DNA of 63,002 nucleotides, filler included, from Actinomycetota bacterium (GTDB lineage: Bacteria; Actinomycetota; Acidimicrobiia; IMCC26256; VFJJ01): NCBI GenBank assembly GCA_009886115.1. It is 4 parts of 4 records of this genome, joined end to end, with 100 filler letters (N's around TTAATTAATTAA, not from the genome) between each part and the next. Parts side by side here need not be neighbours in the genome. Positions count along the whole stretch, not along the records: positions 1 to 10,799 come from VFJJ01000036.1; 3 more parts are not named here. The stretch is one strand, 5' to 3'. Under the pieces are notes generated by a model. The model was not told where the DNA came from and searched no databases. It worked only from the letters and a program-made list of their open reading frames with translations. Each line of letters begins with the position of its first letter. The first letter of the stretch is position 1. Position numbers and translations under genes: made by a program. Shown one piece after another: positions 1 through 7,964 of this stretch.

Positions 1-1
1 C

Positions 2-286
2 CTCGACGCGCTCACCGACTCCGCAGCCGTGTGGGACGTGCTGTGCAACGACGTGATCCTCTCGGGGTTCGACTTCGATCCCGATCCCGCGCCCGACAAG
101 GCCCTGTACAACGCGCACGTCCGCTTCTACGACGAGCGCAAGGGCTACGTGCTGTGTCGCGTCACCCGCGACGAGTGGGTGGCCGACTTCCGCACGACGG
201 ACGCCCAGAACCGCGACTCCCGGGTGGAGTCGACGGCCACGTTCACGATCACCGCCGGGACTCCGGGAGCCGTCAAGACGTCGTGA
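2..286 (+). CDS. PhoD-like alkaline phosphatase D, C-terminal fragment (5' partial)
   Basis: Frame open from the window start; ...YNAHVRFYDERKGYVLCRVTRDEWVADFR...STATFTITAG resembles the PhoD C-terminus. Confidence 0.65.
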   Translation, partial: LDALTDSAAVWDVLCNDVILSGFDFDPDPAPDKALYNAHVRFYDERKGYVLCRVTRDEWVADFRTTDAQNRDSRVESTATFTITAGTPGAVKTS

Positions 287-1037
287 CCAACCTGACCGTC
301 GCGGCGTGCGTGGCGTCCTTGGTCACGACGATGTCGGCTCCGGCTCGGGTCGGAGCGATGTGGTCTCGGAGGTTGGGCCCGTTCACCTGGGCCCAGACCA
401 TCTCGGCCATGTCGAGCTGCTCGGGCACGCTCAGCGTCGCGAACTGCCGGTAGAACGAGCTCTCGTCGTCGACGGCGTCCTCGCACAACCGGAGGAAGCG
501 ATCGACGTACCACGCTTCGACGTGCTCCTCTGCCGCGTCGACGTAGATCCGGCAGTGCAACCGATCGGCGAACACGGGTTGCAGCACGTTGACCCCCTCG
601 ACGATCACGACCGTCGGGTTCTCGATGCGATGCCGGCGCACGGGGTCGACGTCATAGCGCTCGTGCGAGTAGAGGGGTGCCTCGACGACTCGGTGGCCGG
701 CGCGGAGCCCGTCGAGGAACGCTGCCAAGGCCTTCTCGTCATAGGTATCGGGAAAGCCCTTGCGGTACATGGCACTCCGCTCCCCGAGGACGATATTCGG
801 GAGGAGGAAGCCGTCGGTCGACACCACGACCGCGCCGAGGTCGACGGCCAGCGCGTCGGCGATGGAGGTCTTGCCCACCGCCACGGCACCCGCGATGCCG
901 ATCAGGAACGGCCGGGGGTTCGAACGTTCGTTCGCGATCGACGCCACCGCTTCGAGCACGGCTCCGAGCGCGCTGGGCTCGGCGCGCAGGCCGGGCGCGG
1001 CCGGCGTGTGCCGGACCGTGGGCCGCTCGCCGCTCAC
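273..1037 (-). CDS. coaA: Type I pantothenate kinase (short N-terminus)
   Basis: PFLIGIAGAVAVGKT Walker A, STDGFLLPN, KGFPDTYD, PLYSHERYD, IVEGVNVLQ, WYVDRF, INGPNL-like motifs. Confidence 0.9.
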   Translation of the reverse strand: MSGERPTVRHTPAAPGLRAEPSALGAVLEAVASIANERSNPRPFLIGIAGAVAVGKTSIADALAVDLGAVVVSTDGFLLPNIVLGERSAMYRKGFPDTYDEKALAAFLDGLRAGHRVVEAPLYSHERYDVDPVRRHRIENPTVVIVEGVNVLQPVFADRLHCRIYVDAAEEHVEAWYVDRFLRLCEDAVDDESSFYRQFATLSVPEQLDMAEMVWAQVNGPNLRDHIAPTRAGADIVVTKDATHAATVRLVTTS

Positions 1038-1720
1038 GACTTCGCGGCTCGCTTGGCGGCCTTGACCCGGGCGTGCTCGAGGTCGATGGGGACGGTGCGG
1101 TCGCGCTTGATCTCGGAGAAGCTCTCGTAGCGGGCGAGCCAGGAGACGTGGCGCCAGAGCTCGATCGCGTCGGCATCGTCGGGTGGGGAGCTGATGACAG
1201 GCCCGAAGATGGCCGGACCGTCACCGTCGTCGAGCACGATCGTGGCGACGCCGAAGGCCCCGACCCGGTCTCGGACGGCGCTGCACTCCTCCTGCAGCCG
1301 CTTCCACGTGGCGGGATCTGCGATCGCATCGTCGTACAGGGCGGGGTCGAGCCCGCTGTCGGTCAGCGCGGCCCTGACCACTTCAGGGTCGCCGAGTTGC
1401 TCGAGGCCGTCCCAGGTGCGGGTGCCCAGGGCGGCGTAGAACCGTCCGACACCGTCGTCGCCAGCCCCATCGCGCACGGCCAGCGCGGTTCGCAGCATCC
1501 TGATCCCCTTACGGGGCTCGGCCTGCGCCTCATCGAGCGTGAGCGTTCTCTCGGGCGCGTTGTGAAGCTCGAGCGAGAAGCACCGCCACGACACCTCCAC
1601 CACGCCAAGCTCGACCAGCCGGCGGACCCACTTCGAGGTCAGGTAGCACCAGGGTCACAAGGGGTCGAAGTAGAACGCGATGCGCTCGCGTGCGTCTGGT
1701 GAAGTCTGACCAGAGGGCAT
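1034..1720 (-). CDS. DsbA-family / Rv2466c-like thiol oxidoreductase with in-frame TGA at the first Cys of CxxC (probable selenoprotein, 228 aa)
   Basis: ATG at 1720 gives MPSGQTSPDARERIAFYFDPL-TGA(1657-1655)-PWCYLTSKWVRR, continuing in frame into ORF 1034..1603 (GVATI cis-Pro loop region, AIFGPVI, FSEIKR); TAGGCT -10-like hexamer 5 nt upstream of the ATG. Confidence 0.8.
1619..1652 (-). promoter_or_regulatory. Candidate bacterial SECIS hairpin just 3' of the UGA
   Basis: CUGGUG/CGCCGG lower stem, GACCU/GGGUC upper stem, apical CGAAGU with G 21 nt after UGA (folded by eye). Confidence 0.55.
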
Positions 1721-1743
1721 GCGGGAGCCTACCTCGTAGCGAC

Positions 1744-1988
1744 TCAGCCTCTTTCGAGCAAGGCCTTCAGCGTTCGGTAGTCGCGGCGGATGTTCCGGGC
1801 GACCATCATGCGCAACAGCGGCTGCATCACCCGGTAGAAGCCCGAGGGATCGCTCTCGACGATCTCGACGACCACGTGCACGACCGCATCCCCTTGAGCC
1901 ACGTGGTGTTGTTGGTGACGTCGTCGAGGAAGGCGAACACCTCGGCGGCCGACCGGTCGATGTCGACGCTGTTCAGAACGGGCTTCAT
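1744..1988 (-). pseudogene. SRPBCC-family gene with internal deletion and frameshift
   Basis: N-terminus MKPVLNSVDIDRSAAEVFAFLDDVTNNTTW and C-terminal helix VESDPSGFYRVMQPLLRMMVARNIRRDYRTLKALLERG* are in different frames; only 245 nt in total. Confidence 0.7.
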
Positions 1989-2188
1989 GATGCTTCCTCC
2001 GTGATCATCGGCGTGGTCGCAGTGGGCGCGGTCGCGCCCGGGCTCTCGTCGACCCCGGCCGCCTCGACCAGGGCCGCCAAGAAATGCGCCCAGCCCGATC
2101 GATGCGCCTCGGCGTGCTCCGCCGGGATACCGGTGTGGCGCAGCGTGAGGAGGGTCTGCTCCACGGTCCTGGTCTCGATCTCGGTCAT
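1985..2188 (-). pseudogene. SRPBCC/AHSA1-like gene with in-frame internal deletion (67 aa)
   Basis: MTEIETRTVEQT joins directly to the typical C-terminal LLTLRHTGIP...HRSGWAHFL; ATGA overlaps with both neighbours. Confidence 0.65.
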
Positions 2189-2547
2189 GGCGTCGTCTCC
2201 TTGTCGGCGGTCGGGTGCGACTGCTTCCTGGCGCGTGCGCGCTCGGGCCATTCCTCGCGCTCGGCTGCCGCCTTGAGGCGAGCGAGACCATCGGTCCACA
2301 TCTCGTCGAGGAACCCCGCGACCTCACGCAGGCCTTCCGGGTTCAGGCGGTACAGGCGCCGGTTCCCGTCGGGCCGGACCTCGACCAGCCCGGCATCGGC
2401 GAGGACCTTGAGATGCTGGGAGACCGCCGGCCGGCTCATCGCCGGGAACTCCCGCGCGATGTCTCCCGCCGCGACCTCTCCATCTCGCACGAGTCGCAAG
2501 ATCGCTCGACGGGTCGGATCGGCGACCGCTCGCAGCGTTTGGTCCAT
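2185..2547 (-). CDS. ArsR/SmtB-family transcriptional regulator
   Basis: AVADPTRRAIL...SRPAVSQHLKVLADAGLV...GNRRLYRL winged HTH. Confidence 0.9.
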   Translation of the reverse strand: MDQTLRAVADPTRRAILRLVRDGEVAAGDIAREFPAMSRPAVSQHLKVLADAGLVEVRPDGNRRLYRLNPEGLREVAGFLDEMWTDGLARLKAAAEREEWPERARARKQSHPTADKETTP

Positions 2548-2594
2548 CCCGGCTCCTCCTCCCGCAGACCGCTTGCGCCTGGGAAGATCCTACG

Positions 2595-2625
2595 CCATCA
2601 TGTAAGCACTATCTTACATAGATGG
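2595..2625. promoter_or_regulatory. Palindromic operator between divergent arsR and TIGR03086-like gene
   Basis: CCATC-ATGTAAG-cactat-CTTACAT-a-GATGG inverted repeat, AT-rich within GC-rich DNA. Confidence 0.7.
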
Positions 2626-2635
2626 GACGACGGAC

Positions 2636-2869
2636 ATGGACATCCTCAGCGCGCTCGACCAGACCTTCCGGCACGGCCACACCGTGATCGCCGCCGTTCG
2701 GCCCGACCAGCTCGACAACGCGACACCCTGCGAAGGCTGGACGGTCCGTGATCTCCTCGGGCACACCATCGGTGTCGTCGCCGGGATCGGCGGCGGGGTC
2801 TCGGGGCAGGCCCCCAAGGGAGACTTCGAGCTGAGCCTCGATCCCGCCGGCCACGCCTCGTTCGAGTGA
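2636..2869 (+). pseudogene. TIGR03086 / MDMPI-like metal-binding protein, C-terminally truncated (77 aa)
   Basis: PDQLDNATPCEGWTVRDLLGH signature; stops far short of the usual ~190 aa. Confidence 0.7.
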
Positions 2870-2984
2870 GCACAGTACGAATGGAACCGGCTCTGCGGCC
2901 CTCGGCGACTCCGGGTAGCGTGCCCGTCCGTTGATGGACTCTTTGTTCGCGGGTCCCTGTCCGGACGAGGATCGAGGAGTCACC

Positions 2985-3851
2985 ATGGCCATGCCGGCCG
3001 GCATCGGAGCCGTCGACCTGATGATCGGGTTCCCCGCGGCGCACGCTCGTGATCACTACGAGTTCCTGCGCAAGCTGGCCAAGGATTCCGAGAGCCAGGA
3101 CATGGAGTTCCCGGCCGAGTACATGTTCAAGGACGTGCCGAACCACCTCCCCGAAGGCGCCGACCCCGTCGAGGTGACGCTGGGGGAGATGGATCGTCAC
3201 GGAGTCGCCATCGGCCTGGTGGGGCTGGGCGGTGAGATCACGGTGCGCGCGCTACGCGATCATCCCGACCGCTTTCGGGCCTCGCTCGAGGTCGACCCCA
3301 ACGACATCACACGCTCGGTGCGCAGGATCCGGGCGGCACACGACAAGCACCGCATTGCCGCCGTCACCACCTTCCCGGCGGGCTGCAACCCGCAGGTCCC
3401 GGTGAACGACCGGCGTTACTACCCGATCTACCAGACGTGCATCGACCTCGACATCCCGATCATCTCCAATGCCGGTATCGCCGGTCCCCGGGTGCCGTCG
3501 GCCTGTCAGAACGTGATGCACTTCGACGAGGTCTGTTACGACTTCCCCGAGTTGCGGATCGTGATGCGCCACGGCGCCGAGCCGTGGGAGGCGCTGGCCG
3601 TCAAGCTCATGTTGAAGTGGCCCGGCCTGTACTACATGACCAGTGGCTTCGCGCCCAAGTACTACCCCAAGGCCATCATCGACTACGCGAACACGCGGGG
3701 TTCCGACAAGGTGATGTACGCGGGGTACTACCCGATGGGGCTGAGCCTGGAGCGCATCTTCACGGAGCTCCCGAAGGTGCCGCTCCGCGACAAGGTCTGG
3801 CCGGCGTTCCTCCGAGACAACGCCATCCGGGTGTTCAAGCTCGATCCCTGA
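2985..3851 (+). CDS. Amidohydrolase family protein (Amidohydro_2)
   Basis: YYPIYQTCIDLDIP, FPELRIVMRHGAEPW, DKVMYAGYYP, DNAIRVF; GAGGAG RBS before ATG 2985. Confidence 0.85.
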   Translation: MAMPAGIGAVDLMIGFPAAHARDHYEFLRKLAKDSESQDMEFPAEYMFKDVPNHLPEGADPVEVTLGEMDRHGVAIGLVGLGGEITVRALRDHPDRFRASLEVDPNDITRSVRRIRAAHDKHRIAAVTTFPAGCNPQVPVNDRRYYPIYQTCIDLDIPIISNAGIAGPRVPSACQNVMHFDEVCYDFPELRIVMRHGAEPWEALAVKLMLKWPGLYYMTSGFAPKYYPKAIIDYANTRGSDKVMYAGYYPMGLSLERIFTELPKVPLRDKVWPAFLRDNAIRVFKLDP

Positions 3852-3903
3852 GCCTCAGTTGCCACCGTGCGGGACGCGGCGCGGGACGGGGTGCGGGAGC
3901 GGG

Positions 3904-4809
3904 TTACCCCTCCCGGGTCGCGAACCAGTCGCCGCTGCCATCGCGAAAGCGCCGTAGGCCGTCGAGGGCGTCCCGGGTGCGGCTCCATGGTCTGACGACC
4001 AGGCGATCGACGCCCAGCTCGGCCCACCGGGCGATGGCGTCGGGGCCCACCATGGGATCGAGGGTGCACACCGTGACCGAGAACGGCCGGGCCGGCGCCG
4101 CTACCCCGTCGGCGACACCGGCGTCGATGGCATCCAAGCGGTGTCTGCGAAGCGCCTTGATCTGAACGGTCGCCGTCTCGAACGTGTGGGGCATGCTCAT
4201 CCAACCGTCGTGGCGCGCTGCCCGACGCAGCGCGGCCGGCGACTCGCCGCCGACGAGCACCGGCGGATGGGGCCGCTGCACGGGCTTGGGCTCGAACATG
4301 ACGGGACCGAACTGCCAGAACTCGCCGTCGTGGTCGACGACGTCCTCGGTCCACAGGCGCTTGGCGATGGTGAGCGCCTCGTCGAGCCGACGGCCCCGAG
4401 CGGCGAACGCGGCTCCGGGGTCGCCTCCCAGGGTGGCCGTCATCTCAGCCGCGAGCCACCCCGCGCCCACACCGATCTCGGCCCGTCCACCGCTCACCAC
4501 GTCGAGGGTCGTGAACGCCCGGGTCGCCACGAACGGGTGTCGGAGCCCGAAGAGATACACGAAGGTACCCAACCGGATCCGGGTGGTGCGGGCGGCGATG
4601 AAGCACAGCAACGCGGGGTAGTCGTGCAGCGGTGTCGACGGGGGCACCGGCGGCGCCGAGCCGTCGGCGTAGAGCTCGCCGGCCATGTCGAGCGGGAACA
4701 CGAGATGGTCGGGTGTCCACACCGACTCGTAACCCAGCTCGTCGGCCAGCACCGAAGCCTCGACCCACTGGCTCGTGTGCAGATGCGCCAAGGCGATCCC
4801 GAATCTCAC
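3904..4809 (-). CDS. LLM-class (probably F420-dependent) oxidoreductase, TIGR03619-like
   Basis: GYESVWTPDH, TTRIRLGT, LDVVSGGRAEIGVGAGW, PKPVQRPHPPVLVGG; start uncertain (4809 or 4821). Confidence 0.85.
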   Translation of the reverse strand: MRFGIALAHLHTSQWVEASVLADELGYESVWTPDHLVFPLDMAGELYADGSAPPVPPSTPLHDYPALLCFIAARTTRIRLGTFVYLFGLRHPFVATRAFTTLDVVSGGRAEIGVGAGWLAAEMTATLGGDPGAAFAARGRRLDEALTIAKRLWTEDVVDHDGEFWQFGPVMFEPKPVQRPHPPVLVGGESPAALRRAARHDGWMSMPHTFETATVQIKALRRHRLDAIDAGVADGVAAPARPFSVTVCTLDPMVGPDAIARWAELGVDRLVVRPWSRTRDALDGLRRFRDGSGDWFATREG

Positions 4810-4992
4810 TGCCCAGCCCACCTTTCGCCACCAGAGGGCGGTGCCACATCACCACCGTGCCGTCGATGCCGGACCGCCGGGCAGGCTACAGGGCTCCCGA
4901 GCGGACCAGCACTGGTCGTGCGTTCGATCGCATGTGATCGATTCCACGACCAGTTTCCGTCGGAGACTGCACGGGCTGCGGGTCAGGTCCCG

Positions 4993-5817
4993 TCAGGTCC
5001 GGTAGTTCGACTCGCGGGGGAGGCGGCGCCAGCCCTTGGCGGCGCCGTTGCCGCCGTCGACGGCGATCGAGCAGCCCGTGACGAACCGGGACAGGTCTCC
5101 CGCCAGGAACACGCACACGCCAGCGGCGTCATCGGCGTCGGCGAACCAGCCCAACGGCGGCGTGTAGGTGGGCTCGAAGGCGATGCCGGGCTGGTCGACC
5201 TGGGCCATCATGTTGGCGTCACCAGCGGTGTGCACGGCGTCGAGCGCGATCGCGTTCACTCGGATTCCCGCGGGACCGAGCTCCAACGCCAGGCTCTCCG
5301 TCAGGCTCTCCATCGCCGCCTTCATCGCTGCGTAGACGCCGAAGCCGGGCGCGGCCTGGCCGGCCTCGATCGAGGTGATGTTGATGATCGAGCCGCCGGC
5401 ACCTCGGCTCATGAACGGCACGCACTCGCGAATGAACGTGGTGCACTGCGTGAAGTTCTCGTCGATCATCGCTTGCTGGCCCTTGTCGTTGGTGGCCATG
5501 AAGTCGGCGAGGAACGACCCGCCGGCGTTGTTGACGAGCACGTCGATCTTCCCGAACGTGGCCGCCACCTCGGCGATGTGACTGCGGACGGCGTCGGCGT
5601 GGCGCACGTCGATCACCGCCTCGATGGCGCGCCGGCCGACAGCCCGCACGGCTGCCGCCGTCTCGGCCAGCCCCGCGGCGTTGCGGTCGCAGATCGCCAC
5701 GTCGGCCCCGAAACGGGCGTAGGCCCGGGCCGTCGCGGCGCCGACCCCGCTCGCGGCGCCGGTCACGACCGTCACCCGGTCCGTCAACACCACCGACTCC
5801 GGCCCGAGGATCACCAT
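4993..5817 (-). CDS. SDR-family oxidoreductase
   Basis: TGAASGVG, NNAG, YAAMK, GIRVNAI. Confidence 0.9.
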   Translation of the reverse strand: MVILGPESVVLTDRVTVVTGAASGVGAATARAYARFGADVAICDRNAAGLAETAAAVRAVGRRAIEAVIDVRHADAVRSHIAEVAATFGKIDVLVNNAGGSFLADFMATNDKGQQAMIDENFTQCTTFIRECVPFMSRGAGGSIINITSIEAGQAAPGFGVYAAMKAAMESLTESLALELGPAGIRVNAIALDAVHTAGDANMMAQVDQPGIAFEPTYTPPLGWFADADDAAGVCVFLAGDLSRFVTGCSIAVDGGNGAAKGWRRLPRESNYRT

Positions 5818-5906
5818 CGCACGCTACCCAACGGGCGCGAGCGCGTCCCAGGAGCGGCCCGGCGGGCGCAGCCTCACGCCAGCCCCGGGCCCCACGGCCG
5901 CACGTT

Positions 5907-6215
5907 GGTCAGGTTCGCCTGTGGTGGGACACCACCCCCGTCGACGTGTTCACCAACACCACGGAATTCCACCGCGCTGTCGCCGGCCGGACGGTGATCC
6001 ACGAGTTCGTCTCGACGCCGGTGCCGTTCCTCGGCTGTGGCGACCTCGCCGTGTTCAAGGCGTTCTTCAACCGCACGAAGGACTGGGCCGACATCGAGGA
6101 GATGATCGCCGCGCAGACGTTCGACGGCGACCGCGTCATCGGCGCTCTCGTGCGCCACCTGGGCGGGAGCGACGAACGCGTCGATCGGCTCCGCACCCTG
6201 CTCGGACCGATGTGA
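5907..6215 (+). pseudogene. C-terminal remnant of a nucleotidyltransferase-like hypothetical protein
   Basis: GQVRLWWDTTPVDVFTNTTEFH...DLAVFKAFFNRTKDWADIEEM resembles the K...R.KD..D tail of minimal NTase folds; no N-terminal half or start. Confidence 0.45.
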
Positions 6216-6399
6216 GACGGGATGCGCCGGCAGCCATCTCGTGATCGACCGGCAGCTCGCCGAGGCGTGGTCGCGACGGGTCCTGCCGACCGGAGCCATG
6301 TCCGAACCCGCTTCCGCGGAAGGATCATCGGACATTTCACCCGTTGGCTGGCGTCTCGGGTGAGTCCCGGCTGCTCGCCGCTAGGGTGCCATCCACCAT

Positions 6400-6465
6400 C
6401 GGCTCGGGCTCGGGCTCGAGGTGGGCACGGCACGGCACGGGCCTCGGGCACGGCACGGGCCCCGG
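6400..6465. repeat. Short intergenic tandem repeats (GGGCTC and GGCAC units)
   Basis: cggctcgggctcgggctcg and ggcacggcacggcacggg...ggcacggcacggg. Confidence 0.6.
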
Positions 6466-6506
6466 TTGGAGCCGCTGCCTTCGCGGCACCGGCGACGAGG
6501 AGACCC

Positions 6507-6989
6507 ATGACCGATCCGTCGAACGCTCCCACGGCCCCCCATCCTCCCGTCGACGCCGAGCGGCGAGCGCGCGGGCTGGCGATGTACCGGGAGGTGTACG
6601 GCGACGATGCGCCACTTCCCGAGGGCGACTCCGCCGCCGCGTTCTTCGAGCTGCTCGTGATCGACCAGCAGTTCGCCGAGGTGTGGTCGCGACGGGCACT
6701 GCCGATACCGACGCGCCGTCTGCTCACGATCGGCGTCCTGGCGGCAGTGCACCGCTTCGACATCCTCGAGTTCCAGTTCGCCCGGACCCTCGCCACCGGC
6801 GAGCTCACCCCCGAGCAGGTGCGGGAGGTGGTCATCCACCTCATCACCTACGTGGGCACACCGTCGAGCGGAAGCCTGTACCAGGCCGCCGAGTTGGCCA
6901 TCGCCGCCCACGCACGCGGCACCGCCGCCGACGCCGACGCCCGAGCCGACGGCACCGATACCTCCGGCAGTCACGGAGGAGCGTCGTGA
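6507..6989 (+). CDS. Carboxymuconolactone decarboxylase family protein
   Basis: FAEVWSRRAL...RRLLTIGVLAA...ELTPEQVREVVIHLITYVG; GAGGAG RBS. Confidence 0.85.
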   Translation: MTDPSNAPTAPHPPVDAERRARGLAMYREVYGDDAPLPEGDSAAAFFELLVIDQQFAEVWSRRALPIPTRRLLTIGVLAAVHRFDILEFQFARTLATGELTPEQVREVVIHLITYVGTPSSGSLYQAAELAIAAHARGTAADADARADGTDTSGSHGGAS

Positions 6990-7867
6990 ACGAGCCCACC
7001 CCGGTGGGGTTCGTCGGCGTGGGACGCATGGGCTCGGCCATGGCACTGCGGGTCCTCGACACCGGCGGAGCGGTCGTCGCCTACGACACCGCAGCCGAGC
7101 CCCTCAGACTGCTCGCCGAAGCCGGGGCCGCGATCGAGACGTCGCCGGCCGGTGTGGCCCGGCGTTGCCAGGTCATCTCGGTGGTCGTCAACGACGACGC
7201 CCAGGCCCGTGCCGCCGTGACCGGTCCCGACGGGATCCTCGACGGCGCCGCCTCGGGGTCGGTCGTCGCCATCCACTCCACGCTGCACGTCAGGACCCTC
7301 GAGGAGCTGGCCGCCGCTGCAGCGCCGCGTGACGTCGCCATCGTCGACGCCGCGGTCACCGGAGGGGCCGACGTGGCCCGGCGCGGCGAGCTGGCTGTGA
7401 TGCTCGGCGGCGCAGCCGAGCCTCTCGAGCGCCTGCGTCCCGTGCTCGAGCGCTATGCGTCGCTCATCGTCCATGCCGGCGACCTGGGCGCGGGAATGGC
7501 GGCCAAGGTCGCGCTGATGGTCGTGTCGTTCGGGAAGCTGGCCGCGGCCTCCGAAGGTCTGGCCCTGGCTCGGGCTGCTGGTGTCGATCTCGACGAGTTC
7601 GTGCAGATCGTGAGGCACACCGAGGCTCAGAGCGGCATCCACGACTTCTTCCTCCGCGAGCGCGCCCGGCTCATCGTCGAACCCGATGCGCCCCTCGCCG
7701 AGATCGCTCGCGTCGAGGCACCCAAGTCGCGCAAGGACCTCCACGCCGCGCTCGAGCTCGCCGCCCGCCTCGGCATCTCGTTGCCCATCACGGCGGTCAC
7801 CCACGACGAGATGCCCACGGTCTGGGGCGCCTCCCGAGCCGGGCCGCCTGAGAGCCGGTCCAGCTGA
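6986..7867 (+). CDS. NAD(P)-dependent oxidoreductase, 3-hydroxyisobutyrate dehydrogenase family
   Basis: GFVGVGRMGSAMA, VDAAVTGG, GAGMAAK, KDL; GTGA overlap with upstream gene. Confidence 0.9.
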   Translation: MNEPTPVGFVGVGRMGSAMALRVLDTGGAVVAYDTAAEPLRLLAEAGAAIETSPAGVARRCQVISVVVNDDAQARAAVTGPDGILDGAASGSVVAIHSTLHVRTLEELAAAAAPRDVAIVDAAVTGGADVARRGELAVMLGGAAEPLERLRPVLERYASLIVHAGDLGAGMAAKVALMVVSFGKLAAASEGLALARAAGVDLDEFVQIVRHTEAQSGIHDFFLRERARLIVEPDAPLAEIARVEAPKSRKDLHAALELAARLGISLPITAVTHDEMPTVWGASRAGPPESRSS

Positions 7868-7964
7868 GCCCCGGGTCGGCCGCCTCGCGGGTGGGACGCC
7901 CCACCAACTGCACCGTAGGGTGAACGGGGGTTCCGGCCGCTGGGTGCCGTCCCGAGGAGCGACC

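Noticed and set aside
2867..2930. TGA ending the TIGR03086-like gene as a second selenocysteine codon
   Set aside because: Not at a Cys position, and read-through (AQYEWNRL...) shows no family resemblance
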